A stretch of DNA of 64,000 nucleotides from Octopus sinensis (Eukaryota), in assembly GCF_006345805.1 (NCBI RefSeq), contig NC_042999.1:139996001-140060000 (forward strand), written 5' to 3'. This document shows positions 24,345 through 37,336 of this stretch, one piece after another. The translations under genes and the position numbers were made by a program. Numbering within the stretch: position 1 is the stretch's first letter; the number at the start of each line of letters is the position of its first letter. The notes under the pieces are model-generated. The model was not told where the DNA came from. It saw nothing but the letters and a program-made list of their open reading frames with translations, and did not search any database.

Positions 24345-26782
24345 AACATAACTTAGCATTAACAAGAATTCTTACCAAGAAATGCAAGGGAAATAACACC
24401 AAAACTCAAACTGACAAAAAGTGGAATGAAATGGGTAGGAATAATAAATATTGTTACACAGATCCTTTTAAGGGATTTCAGTATAAAAATTAAATTTATA
24501 ACAGCGATGTGGTGTTGTTCATATCGGTGTTGGTAGTGGTGCTGTTGTTTAGTCCAATGTTAGTTGTAATTTGAAAGGGAGATGTGGTTGGTATTTCTAG
24601 CAGGTTGCACGACTGCATATAGGCTTCCTCGTTGGCTCACGATGTCGTTAGTTACAGTACTTACCTATGTTTCTTTCCGTTCTGAGTTGGAATCCCCCTG
24701 TAGGAAATTTCAATTGTCTTTTCTTTGGAGTTGATATTATAAGTACCAGTAATATACTGAGCCGTTTCAATCGACTATACTCTGTATTTTCAAAATTTTG
24801 AGTTTGTTCTATTTCAGAAATTCATTCAAATTCTCACTTCCATTTATTACTGTAAAGTAGACTGGGCCATTTAAGAGTTAAGCGCCTTCACCGCTGACAC
24901 AATACAGAATACTGAATGCTGTCCCTTCGGCTGATTGTCCGTTTATCTATCGATTAAGTCACTGAGGTTTATGATAAAAGAAAAATACAATGATCACGCA
25001 CACGTACCCACACATACAAATAGATTTGCGCTGTTTCTATTTTGTAAGAATAAACTAGGTGGTTTATTAATAGTTGTTAATATTAAATATATATATATAG
25101 CTTAATCAGAGACGGGGCGAGGGCAGTGAATATGATCTTTTATAGAGCCTTCAACCCTCGAGACTGGTGAGGGGAAGTTACCCTTAGACCAGAAACTTGG
25201 CTTGAATGCTTGCAACTGAGTGGTCTCTGCTAACGGCAGCCATGAGCCAGGGGTAGTGTTTAAGCAGACGACAGAGTAGGTCTACTGCTATTGATAAAAA
25301 TCGTAATTGTTTGAATGAGTATGATAAGATTTACAATAAGATACTGTAACTCATCTAGTCTGGTGCTCTCTCGTTTGCAGCATGTGGAGTAATTTATTTC
25401 TCTGGTTGTGACCATTTTTTAAATTATAAATAGACTGTTCTAAAATGTATGTTTGAAACTACGTAGTTTATATCTTTGAAACAGAGGGTGACTAGGCTGT
25501 GACATTTAGTCGGTCGAGCTATCTGTAAAAGTATATCTATTGGTGTAAAAATGTTATCTGTCATTTCGCTATATCACCAAGGGATCGGTGGAACTTATTT
25601 GAAAATTAAGCAAACAATTAAACCGATTTCGAATATTTGATAGTAGATTATATACAAGTGCCCCAGTTCTCAACGAAGATAAAAAAAAAAAAAAGCAAAC
25701 CCCTCCCCTATTTCATGAATGAGGTCGAAGTGAGAGTACGAAAGGAGGAAATAGGAAAGGGCTGGAGGGTGAGATTGAGAAGCGAAAAGAGAAAAAGATG
25801 GGTAGTAAGATTAAAGAGAGAGGTAACAGAAAGAAGTAACCTGGAAATTGAAGTGTGAAAGAGGGGAGATGTTATAGAAAAAGCAGAAGGAAGATGGAGA
25901 GAGGAGAGATACAGTGTTTAAATAACAAGTAGCGTGTCAACGTCCCATGTAACTCATACCAGCTATATGCATTCTAAACTTCAACAGAAGCTGTCCCACA
26001 ATAATAAAGAAAAGAAACCCCCGCAAAATACAATACGATGACTTCATTTTATTAGAATTGTTTGGTATACCACCCTCTCCACCATACGAACTGTTTCTGT
26101 GTTGATGAATTATGTATATCTATTGTTTGACTGTTTATTTGAAATTTCGAAATAGTTAATAGGGAAATAGGAAATTGCGGAAAATGAAACTGGATATTTT
26201 GTGGAAGTTGAAATTATCAATAATAATATCAACAATAGTTGCTTGATTCTTTGAGTAGCACATTTATTTATTATTGTTATTCAGTTGTGTTAACTATAAC
26301 AATGCCACTTTTATTATAGTGAAAGTCTGTATGTGGTTGGAAAGTACAACATCAATAACCACTGCGTCACTGGCAAGTTGTCCTGTTTTTGCCTCTTCTG
26401 CTCATGTTGTGAAGAGAATCAACACTTAAGCAATAACAACCCTTTCCTTTAAACTACTAAAGATAGATTTAGGTCACTTTCTGTAAATTATCCTTGTAAA
26501 CAAATTACCAAAATATACTTTGTAACATTATCTATTTTTCTCAAGCGCATACAAATTATTGCAAATCATGAACTTAATTCACTTGATGACACCCGTCCAT
26601 AAATCTGAAGCCTTGTATCAACAAATGTGAGAAACTATCATTATTACGAAGCAGGACCTTTTAATTCTCTTAGGGTGGAACATATTGGTAGTTCTGAAAC
26701 ACTATCTACATGGTAGATATTAATTGAGTGAAAGCACATTTAATACTTGGAACATTTAAAAGCCAAAGTGGGATTCAGTATG

Positions 26783-26822
<40 letters not shown>

Positions 26823-27794
26823 ACGAAACTAACAGCTAAATTATGTACAGAGCCTGAAAATAACAAATACACTGCAGCATTTCTTACTTTACTTTTTGAT
26901 CCCGGCAAAATTGATTTCAACTAGATTTGAACTCAGGATATAATGAGCCGAAACAAATATCACAAGACATTATAACCAACATTCAAACAATTCGTCACTC
27001 CATTGCCCTTTTTATTTAAATAATAGATAATATTGATTTTTCATCTATTTCAGACAAGCTCCAGACACAACTCTGGAGAAGTTTTTACATTTACTTTGAA
27101 ACTGATGAAAAGAAGTTCGTCCTTTTAAATAATGTTATGCTTTCCCCCCACCCCCTAGAATTGTATTCCCTTCTGGCCTTGTGTCCTTCCTTCGAAAAAT
27201 TCCTGGGACCGCGCGTTGAGAAACCTCGGTAAAAGCGCTGGATTGCTATAATTTGTTAAAATGTTAACAAATGCATTGTTAAGCGAATACATAGAAATGT
27301 TCATGACAAATTTTATTTTTAGATTTGTAGATTTTACAGCTTTTAAACCCAACTGAGACACTACTTCTGTGGGATAGGAGAGAAAGCACACAATAGACTT
27401 GGCTATGCTGAAATTGTGCTGCTTGTATAGCAATAATCAATCCTATGATAATTTATGTAGATCGTCGAACGACTGGGAACAGTCGGCAGATTCAGTATTC
27501 CAGGATTTCACTACATACGATAACACAATTGAGTACGATCGAGTACTGCAGAATCTTACTGCACGCTCCTTCATACAGTAGTTTACCGTATGAGCTGCAA
27601 TTGGACATTCTGAATATTTCCTCTGTCTAGTGTGTCCCTATAACTCAGCTGTGGTTATTGTTATATAACACTAGGTCAATCTTTGTCGAAAAGTCGCATA
27701 ACGAGGCGTGACCCACCGATCCTTTATCCCGTTTACACTAACCCCGTTTTGGAGCATGCCTAATGAACCCGTGTGGCAGTCTGGACATATTGCG

Positions 27795-27795
<1 letters not shown>

Positions 27796-27878
<83 letters not shown>
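27796..27878. repeat. (CT)n microsatellite
   Basis: Direct reading. Confidence 0.95.
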
Positions 27879-27880
<2 letters not shown>

Positions 27881-28049
27881 ACTTTCATGTGGCCAATCTA
27901 TTTGTGTAATCCAGTAGATTCCAGTATTTCTGTTACTGTTCCTCTGTATTTATTGTTGGTGGTATGTATCTCAGCAATGTTTGGAGTCATTAAGGCTATT
28001 GATGTTCAGCTATTTCTTATTATAATCTTTATGCTTATCTAGACTGATG

Positions 28050-28620
28050 AATTTTCATGTAGTGTCAAGGACTGTGAAGGCTGAAGCTTGCTGCAGACGG
28101 TACGGTGCAGTGGTTAGTGCGAAGCCAATGCAAGTTTGGCATTTAGTGTCTAGGCTGCGTGTGGATGATGCATAGTTGGGGAATGTTAGAGAGAAATGAA
28201 GGGTCGTATCATCTGCATAAGAGTGGACATTGTTGGATAAGTGGCAAGTGGGCCAGTGATGTATTGAAGGTAGAGATTGGTGAACAAAACTGAACATTGA
28301 AGAACTCCAGAGTTGATTAAGAATTGGACAGAAAGAGCTTCGCCAACACATGCCGTGATGGTACGATCTGATTACAAATTACCGATCCAAGAGACAAGAG
28401 AGAAGTGGTGCTTGTAGGCGAGAAATTTTGAAAGGATATTTGCATTCCAGATTCTGTGAAAATTTTGCTGTCTTGGGCAACATTACCTTCACTAAATTTC
28501 TTTTAAAGAGAGAGTAGCATAAGAGAGTAGGTCTCCTGTGAATCTGGCTCTGCAAAAACCGCACAGGTGGTCACTGAAGACAGGGATTCAATGTGTTGGA
28601 GAACGTCGTTGTTAATAGCT
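28050..28620 (-). mobile_element. Decayed LINE RT remnant (CR1/Jockey group)
   Basis: GFCRARFTGDLLSY, SDRTI...INSGVLQCSVL and LSNNVHSYADDTTLH. Confidence 0.7.
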
Positions 28621-29064
28621 GCCCCCATTACATTCGTGATAGAACTCGGTTTCTGTGGATATAAATAAGGTTGGCAAAGGTGTACTACAGTGTCTGAAGA
28701 ATGGTGAGAGGATATGAGAGTGCTGTCACTTGTATAAGAGATTATATATTTCGTGAATATATAAGTTGAAAAGAGTGGGTGAGAGGACAGATCTCTGTGG
28801 TACACTATTCAGGAAATTGCAGGTTTTTGAAGAGTTCTTATGCGACATAAGTTTTGGTAGCTTGGCAGGTAGTTTGTTAACCGACTTTCTGTCTTTTTTC
28901 TTAAGATGTATTTGAGTATTTTTGTAAGAATGAAGTCTATGGCTTTGCTCATGTCAGTGGTAGTTTGAATGGTATATGTAAGCGGCTATCGTAGTTAAAA
29001 CCATTGTGTGTGTGTGTGTGTGTGTGTGTCTGTGTGTGTGTGTGTGCGTGTGTGTGTGTGTTTG

Positions 29065-29245
29065 GGATCTTTTCCTTTTGAACGGCAGTTTTCAACACAA
29101 TTTCTAGTTAACTAAACACTTTTAAACTTCGTATACTGGTAGAATGTGTCAAAATAAAACATTTTTTTCTCTTGGCTTTCTTGAGAAAATTGTAATTTGT
29201 AAGTTTAACGTAGTTTAATTTTTCGAATTTTAACCAATCGATTGC
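29065..29245. mobile_element. One-ended copy of the GGATC MITE
   Basis: Matches 31551-31720. Confidence 0.75.
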
Positions 29246-29699
29246 CTCTATTTAGCTAAAATCATTTTAAGTTTGTTAGTAATACGGTGATTGAGTGTAG
29301 TTGTCTGAATCAGTGTTGTGGTTTTGCAGAAGTGGATGTGTGGGTTAGTGGTGTCGTTGATTAACTTTTCAAAAATTTTTGAGGGCGTGCATGAAGCGGA
29401 AGATGAGTGACGCTGCTCCACTTAGGTTGGGCTTTAGATTTGTTATAACTTGTTGATTCTGAGAATTTGAAAATGTCAGTGCATGTAGTTGTTTATCTTA
29501 GTGAATACATTTGTGATATATAGTGAATATATCTGGGATTTTATCTTGTTCTGGATAAAGGGAAAAAAACAGTGATAAATAGAAATATATACCTCTTTTA
29601 TCATCTTAGTCACCCTTTCCTCCTCCAGTGCCCAGCAGGTCTCTTCATATATATAACTCACAAGTAGTCCCTTGCTATCCAGAAATTCTGTGAAAAGTA

Positions 29700-29913
29700 A
29701 TATTGGTTTCAAATTTTGGCACAAGGCCAGCAATTTCAGGCAAGGGCGTAAATCGATTACATCGACTCCAGTACTTAAATGGCACTTATTTTATCGACCC
29801 TGAGTGGATGAAAGACAAAGTCGGCGGCATTTGAGCTCAGAACATAAAGAACGGACGAAATGCCACTAGGCATTTTTCCAGGCGCGTTAACGATTCTGCC
29901 AATTTCGCCACCT
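29700..29913 (-). mobile_element. SINE family A, full length
   Basis: Reverse complement of the 12387 copy. Confidence 0.8.
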
Positions 29914-31550
29914 TTTCAATGATAGTAATATTGTTAACTCGTCATCAGTAAAGCTTTTAACCGTATCTAACAGAAAAATATTTTTTGCTAAGCCGTATAA
30001 CTACAGTCTCCATTCGTCTTTAATGTCTTGGAACGGTAACTTTCTGTAAGACCGTATCATTGCAGCATGTGTCGATGGGGCTTTCTATCCCACAGTCTAA
30101 CACCACTGTACCCTCAGGGTCTGGTACTATCTCTCACAGTCATTTTACTGTACATTATTGAACCCATTTGCTCTTCTCTCTAAACAAACATTCATGTGCA
30201 AATGATATCGTTCACTTCTTCCTAACTGTCTTCATACAGATGTCGTTTATTTGCAACCAACAGCGCACATCAGACATGCATTACCTCCATGAACAATGAC
30301 CTTGAGAACATTCTTAAATCAAGACATGATGATAACTTGCAACAGCACAAAAGCACGATTACTAAACGTCAGAAAGAAATAGACTTATATAATACGTCAC
30401 TGTTTCTTTTCATGAGCAACACAACCAAAATCTTCAAAGTTGCTATAAATTCTGATTCAAACTCTGTTAATCTTCCATAGCCATGTTATATATGTAATTT
30501 CGTCAAAGACATATGTAATTTCTTAAGGACCAGGGAATATTTCAGTCCCAATAAACTGTTGAGCTCTACACGGCTCAACTAAAATTCACATCGGAGTACG
30601 TTGCTCATATACTTGATACAATGATACTTCTACAAGCACAGACATCTTAGGCGAAATCCACTAAATAGTACCAGGCCCTGAGAGTACAGCAGTGTTGATA
30701 GATTGTTGACTGACTCTCCATAATTCACTCACTAACTGCAGTACTGGTTCACAGACGCTCTATTTCAGTGTTTCCCAACCTATTTTCCTTCAGGTCCCAC
30801 TATAATTTTCCAGAAAAATGTATGCCCCGCCGGTGCCTGGAAAAACGTATAGGTGTAGTATAACTGCTGTAAAAAAAAAAAAATTCACAATTCTATGTCC
30901 CATTAAAAAACAAAGAAAAAATTTTGGATGCCACGTCCTACCACAATTTTCCCAGGCTTCACCAATGGGGCATATGTTCCACGTTGGGATTCACTGCTTT
31001 ATTCTTTATATTTGCTTTTTCTAGCATGACATAGACGTTGCAGGCTTCCTTTCCCAGCTCTAGCCACCAAGGCTAGACTGAGAGGACAGTAAAACGCCTG
31101 ACGATGTGGTAATTTTTCCGTTCCGTGGCGGTAGATCCCTCATCTAGGATGCCACATGCTGTGACACTTTGTCTGTCGGCATCTTAGTGTGTTCAGCTAC
31201 CAGCCCTGGCTCCGCTGCTCGTCAGGTTGAGAAAAGTAAACTCTCATAATATCGGTCGCCCTCTGACATCTATCGGAGCAGAGATGGCTATCCGCAAGTG
31301 CGAGCTCCGTAAGTCAGAGTGGCTGTTCCAATGCAACTCCCTCGCCGTCCTCCAAGGCAACACCTTTTCCAGTTTGTCTGCTGGGACCATGAGGCGGTTT
31401 GAATTATAGTTGAATAGAGAGATATTTGACGACTAAAACTTACTACCACCCTTAATTTATCTGTAAGCAGTTTCTACTTAGCAACTCAGCCACAGCATTT
31501 TATTTATATACTTTAACCACTGCTCCACTTCTCTATCCATTGCAACATCC

Positions 31551-32044
31551 GGATCTTTTCGGTTTGAACGGCAGTTTTCAACATAATTTATAGGTAACTA
31601 AAAAAGTTTAAACTTCGTATACTGGTAGAATGTGTTTATAAAACATCTTTTTCTCTTAGCTTTATTGAGAAAATTCTATGGTTTGTTGTTGTTTTTCTTC
31701 AATTTCTGCAATTTCAACCAATCACTGACGTCTTTTGACACATTCTACCAGTATACGAAGTTTCAAATTGTTTGGTTCAGTAGGAAAAATTTGAAAAAAC
31801 TGGCTTCAGAATTGAAAAGATCCAAACATTCTGTGCCGTATGAATATGTCCCTCGTTTAAGAAACAGATTGGGTTTATTTACATCTGTGAAGAAAAAAAG
31901 ATACCCTTCCCCCACCCCTAACCCTAACTAAACCTAACCCTAAAACAGATTGAAATGCAATAGATCGAGACTAGGGTCATAATTATGGGTGATAATTTCA
32001 TATGACACCGCTAGAAAAAACTGCCGTTCAAACCGAAAAGATCC
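31551..32044. mobile_element. MITE with GG-starting TIRs and 8-bp TSD (possibly Merlin-like)
   Basis: TSD CAACATCC at 31543-31550 and 32045-32052; TIR GGATCTTTTCGGTTTGAACGGCAGTTTT; CCCTAA repeats inside. Confidence 0.9.
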
Positions 32045-32973
32045 CAACATCCGAACTAGCTAAAGTACACAACCTCTCACTCAAGTTCGTTCCACTTACT
32101 TGTCTCTCCTTTTCTTGTCATCCTAGCTTCTTTTTTTTTTTTTTTTTTCTTTTCCAGACTTCATACTAAACAATTTTTTTAATCATTTCCTCCTAGAGAT
32201 TGTAACCATCTGTAATTCCTTGCTCGCCCACATTTTTCCTGTAAGCATTGACCCATAAATATTCAATCTGAAACCCAAACCTTTCGATATCACCAGTTAG
32301 TCCTACAAAAGTCATTGACACTCTTCATTTGACTGACTTATATTTAAATAAATAACTAAATTGGTGGCCTTGTACCTAAGTGAGAACTCGGTCGAATTGA
32401 CAAAAGGGATCAACCCCCTATTTGACGTTTCCCTCGACTGTATATTCTATTTTACGCAGTTTCACGAAACCTATATTAAAATAAAGGTTGAATTAGCTTT
32501 TAGTGCTTAATTTCATTTATTTATGTTCTGACTTCAAATATCGCCGGGAATCAACTTACAAAATAGGAATTACTATTTCTAACAAATATTATTCTTTTTT
32601 ATTTAATTTTTTAACTTAGACTCAAAGTTATAAAGTTACAAGGAATCTGACGTGTATGTTTTCCCTCAGAACACTAACACTGGTTTGGCAGCATTTTAGA
32701 ATCTTAGCTTCAACACTCAGAAGTTTTAAATCCAATCAGGTTTGATTTCGCTTTTCATCTCTTTGTCGATAAAATAACTACCAGTCACTCTCTCATATAC
32801 TATCGATTAATCAACAGTGCTCTTTTCCCAGCATGTTTAATGGCATGATGTCAAAGTAAGAAATCATTGACATTAAAAGTAAAATGAACTGGATTTAACT
32901 GAAAGCAGAAATCTGGTCGCTGGGATTTCTACAACACTCCCAACATGTCACAGATTAGAATGTGTGTGTGTGT

Positions 32974-33022
<49 letters not shown>

Positions 33023-33629
33023 CGTGCGTGTGTGTGTAAGTGTTAATTTTTTCAATTCAGCGTTTGACATAATAAAATTCCTTATAAAAAAGATTAGGGT
33101 TAATTTGAAACTCAGACTAGATTTGATGGGAGGGGAACGATGAGTAAGGAAGGTCATTAATCTGAAAAATGCTGAGATGACAGAGAGAAAAGAAGGTAAG
33201 AGAGAAAAAAAAGAAGTGGAGAGAGAGAAAAAAGAGAGAGAGAGAGCGAGAGGAACGTGTTTGTGTGTGTGAGCGCGCTTGAGAGAAAGAAACTGACAAG
33301 TTCACCGAGAAACTGATAGTAAACATTTTATAGTCAGCCTGTCAAATCTGACGGAATACCAGGCACATTCCATTCAGCTGAGAAAGATGAAATGTGGTCC
33401 CGACTCACTGAGATAAGATTCTGTTGTGCCTTCTCAAGTAATTTTTTCCGTGGTGGAGTGGAAGTAAACTTTAGCTGAGCTGAGTTTACAATCCTTGCTC
33501 TCCTTTAAATGACAAATCTCTTGCAAAAATTAATAACTGAAATGGAATAAATCTATAAATATAACCACACAATCAAAAGTAGATCTAAGTTATTTAGAAT
33601 TATTGTTCCTAAATTAAACACAAAACTCG

Positions 33630-33990
33630 TAGCTTTGAGCGCAGGAGGTTAGACGATACCATTGACCTCAGTGCTTGACTGATACTATTTTACTGACCCT
33701 GAAGGGATGTAAATACCGGCAAAATTAGCCTTAACCGGATTTGAAACCAGGACATATAGAACCGGAACTAATACCGCAAAGCATTTTGTTCGACGCTCTA
33801 ATAATATCTCAATCCATTGCCCTTAACATTATTAATAGAATGCCGAACAAAATGCTTTGTGGTATTTGATCCGGTTCTTTATGTTCTGAGTTCTAATGCT
33901 ATCGAGATCAGCTTTATCTTTCATTGTCCAGGCTCGATAATATTAAATACCAGTTAAGTACTGGAGTCGAGGATATCGACAGAATATTAA
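33630..33990. mobile_element. Divergent (head-to-head) pair of SINE family A copies
   Basis: Minus copy about 33630-33825 and plus copy about 33835-33990. Confidence 0.7.
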
Positions 33991-34469
33991 CCAGCCGCTC
34001 TCCTCAAAACAGCTGATTTTCCGCCTCAATTAAAACCAAGTGTGAATAAAGATCAGGGACAATAAAATACTTAAAACCGCCAGTTTTCCACTGACATGTA
34101 CTGTCGACGAGGTTTCTACGAAAACCTGTGTCAATAGTGTTTATAAAGGAACAAAAAAAGTGAAAACTGGAGTAATATTCTATCTCTGTAAGCACTGCTA
34201 CTGTTCAGTTTGGTGATGGCTTCTGAAAACATCGTTGTGACGACACTATTGAAGATCTGTTCTTCAGCGGTTCACTGGTGTGATTTCTTATAGCTTTTTC
34301 TAGAGCCACTGGAAGACTTAGAACTTAGCTGTTGAATCAACGAAAACTCTTGTCAGATTTAGAACTGCTGCTGTTTACAACGGTGAGGTACAAGACGGTT
34401 CACTGAATTATAAGTACAGCCCATCTAAAGGATTTTCACACATATACGTTTCCCCATTTTCCCACACAG

Positions 34470-34623
34470 GCACTAGCGAAACTAGAGTGTGTGTCGCCCG
34501 AAGCGGCCCTTCCGTTTGCCGCCCCCGGACCCCACAAAAAACACATTGCCTACAGCAATAGCCTACAACAGGATGAAAAGTGCCGCCCAGGGCGGACTCC
34601 CCCACCACCAGCTACGCTAGTGC
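34470..34623. mobile_element. 154-bp MITE
   Basis: Termini GCACTAGCGAAACT / AGCTACGCTAGTGC; ACAG flanks both ends. Confidence 0.6.
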
Positions 34624-34974
34624 ACAGAGTTCAACTTGAGGCCACTTTTTGGAAGTGTTGCAAAGTGAGAACGAACTTAGAATCACGGGGCTGGGAAACG
34701 AAATTCTTAACCATTCAGTGATGCCTTTGCTCTTATTTATACATCCATAAGGACTTAAACGCAAGACACTAATTTTGTCATCGGTTTGTTCTACAGTGGT
34801 TCTCAACGTTTTCTAATTTAGTCTCCCCTTTCAAGGAATGGCGTTTTTACAAACGTCCCCTCCTCCTAATAGCAGTTTATCTTTATCAAACAGAAGCAAT
34901 TTTGCGCACTTGTTTATTATTTATACTTTCTTAAACTATCCTACCAAATATATGTCGCTGTTTTTGATATTTGC

Positions 34975-36500
34975 GTTCACTTGTGCCCCTAGAAGATTGC
35001 CAAGGCCCCAGGACCGGATGGAATCAGCCCACACATACTTTCCGAGCTATCGGATGTATTCGCTCTGCCAATCACGATTGTCTACAGAAAATCAATGGAG
35101 ACAAGCAAAATCCCAGACGAGTGGAGAACTGCTAACGTCACGCCCGTATTCAAGAAAGGGAGCCGTTTTGCGGCCAATAACTACAGGCCAGTAAGCTTGG
35201 CCTGCGTGATGGAGGTGCTTGTTCATGAGCACATCATTGAACACCTGCGGCGAAACGACCTCATCAACCAAAAACAGCATGGGTTCACAAAGGGGAGATC
35301 ATGTGTGACATAACTGCTTGACATCTGGACGGAGGTCTTGGATGCAGGGAGAGAAGTCAATGTGATCTACATAGATTACATGAAAGCGTTCGACAGCGTC
35401 CCACATCGTAGGGTTGTAGCCAAAGTAGAAGCTCACGGTATCGAGGGAAACGTCTTTCAGTGGATCCGGGACTTCTTGAGCCACCGGTCACAACGAGTCT
35501 GTGTCAACGGCGTGAAGTCAGAGAGGGGAGAGGTGACAAGTGGCATCCCACAAGGCAGTGTCATTGGCCCAGTACTGTTTCTCGTGTATATAAACGATCT
35601 GCCTCGGTATGTCCAGAGCCACGTCAGGTTATTTGCTGACGACACAAAGATCTTCGCAAGGAATGACGTTAATGTGACCATGGCAACGCTGCAAGACGAC
35701 CTGGATCGCCTTCACGAGTGGTCGATGAACTGGCAAATGCGGTTCCATCCTGAGAAGTGTTCCGTCTTGAGAATGGGGAACCCGAAGACGGACAGGAAAT
35801 ACTACATGAGAGGGAATGCACATGGGGAACGGACTGTGGTGGAGCTAGCAGAAAGTGAGGTGGAGGGGGATTTTGGCGTCTTGATCGACAAAGGACTGAC
35901 CTTCAGGAACTACATAAACCAAGCAACTGCAAAAGCAAATCGAATCGTTGGAGTCATCCGATGATCATTTGACATCATCACCCCTGTTGTCTTCGTCCAG
36001 CTGTACAAGTCTCTAGTTGGCCTGATTCTTGAATATGGAAACACAGTTTGGTAACAACGGCATAAGGCAATGTGTTGCAAGTTGGAGGATGTTCAGAAGC
36101 GTGCCACCAAACTCATTGCATCTTTGAAAGAAAAGCCATACTCAGAGCGCTTGGCTGCACTAAACCTACCTAATCTTGAACATCGCCGTCTCAGTGGGGA
36201 TATGATCAACATGTATACGCACGGCCTGTATCTGACCAACCGCCCCTAATTCAACTACTTCCAAGGCAGAAATACGAGAGGACACAGCCTGAAATTGGAA
36301 AGATCACACTGCAGGCTCAACATTAGAAGCTGCTTTTTCGTACAGCGTGGAACAGTCTGCCAAACAGTGTGGTCGCAGCTCCATCAGTCAATGCCTTCAA
36401 GAACAGGCTTGACGCACACCGGAGGGAGCTTCCTGCAAAATTTGATCCTGTCTGTTACTATTAGCTACAACTGTCGAAGTGTTGTACCACACAGGACAAA
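34975..36500 (+). mobile_element. CR1 LINE, RT domain to 3' end (disrupted)
   Basis: APGPDGI, NYRPVSL, QHGFTKGRSC, IDYMKAFDSVPH, GIPQGSVIGPVLFLVYINDL and LFADDTK, with in-frame stops. Confidence 0.95.
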
Positions 36501-36637
36501 TTAATTGTACTAGTGGAAAAGCACCTGTGAACAAGCTCCTCGGAGCTTCAACACGGAAACCCTCCAGTATCCAGTATGTAAAAGTTTTATGGAAATTATT
36601 TTAAAAGGCAAGGCCTGTATAAAACAAAAATAATTAA

Positions 36638-36957
36638 CACATAAAGCGCGACGGGCCACGACCGTGGCCGTGAGGCACAGGTCAACAGGCCACGATCGTG
36701 GCCCAGATAGATGCATTTAATTTATGGGCATTTGTTGGAATCCAAGGTAATTCAAACGCTCCGATACCCTCCAAAATACAAGAGAACTAATAGTTCAACT
36801 AATGACTTTTCAGATGATGTAAAACTTGCCACCATTATATACTAAGAAGATATTTTAACTATTTTTTTTGTTTTTTATGTATGCATGGTAGTCTCATTTT
36901 CATAAAATGTGCTCAGCAGTCCATGCTATGTAAGTGCAAATTCCAGCGCTTTATGGG
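36638..36957. mobile_element. piggyBac-like MITE (TTAA TSD)
   Basis: TTAA at 36634-36637 and 36958-36961; termini C(A/C)CATAAAGCGC; two subterminal palindromes GGCCACGA(C/T)CGTGGCC. Confidence 0.75.
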
Positions 36958-37336
36958 TTAATAGCGACATAAGCAATTTTAATATCAAATGGCAATTTTT
37001 ATATATAACTTAACATGGCACAATATTCATGTTAAGTTCGGTATAAAGATAAAATTATATTGGACTTTGGTCCATCATCAGTCATGTTTTCTTCACCGAT
37101 AACACGTCCTGTTCATTTTTTTTTACGTGTTTTCGTATAGCAGTGAACCTGTTTTAAATAGTTTGTCTCGGAAAAACCAGGATTTTTCTAAACACCTTGT
37201 TCCCTGGTTAATATCTGCTGTCCTCCTTGTGAGCTTACATCGTTCTCGAGGGAGCGCCAGCGTCTAATTTAAGTACCACAGGACCTTCGAAACCGGTGAG
37301 ATCGTTACGGTTAACGTTAGTATTGATCAGTTACAG

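Noticed and set aside
34304-34382. Exon-like segment (TAG acceptor, GTGAGG donor)
   Set aside because: It has stops in all three frames and no linked exons; at most a non-coding exon.
37290-37336. U2/U5/U6 snRNA as target of the ORF1-only element
   Set aside because: The reconstructed empty site does not resemble the snRNA sequences I recall.
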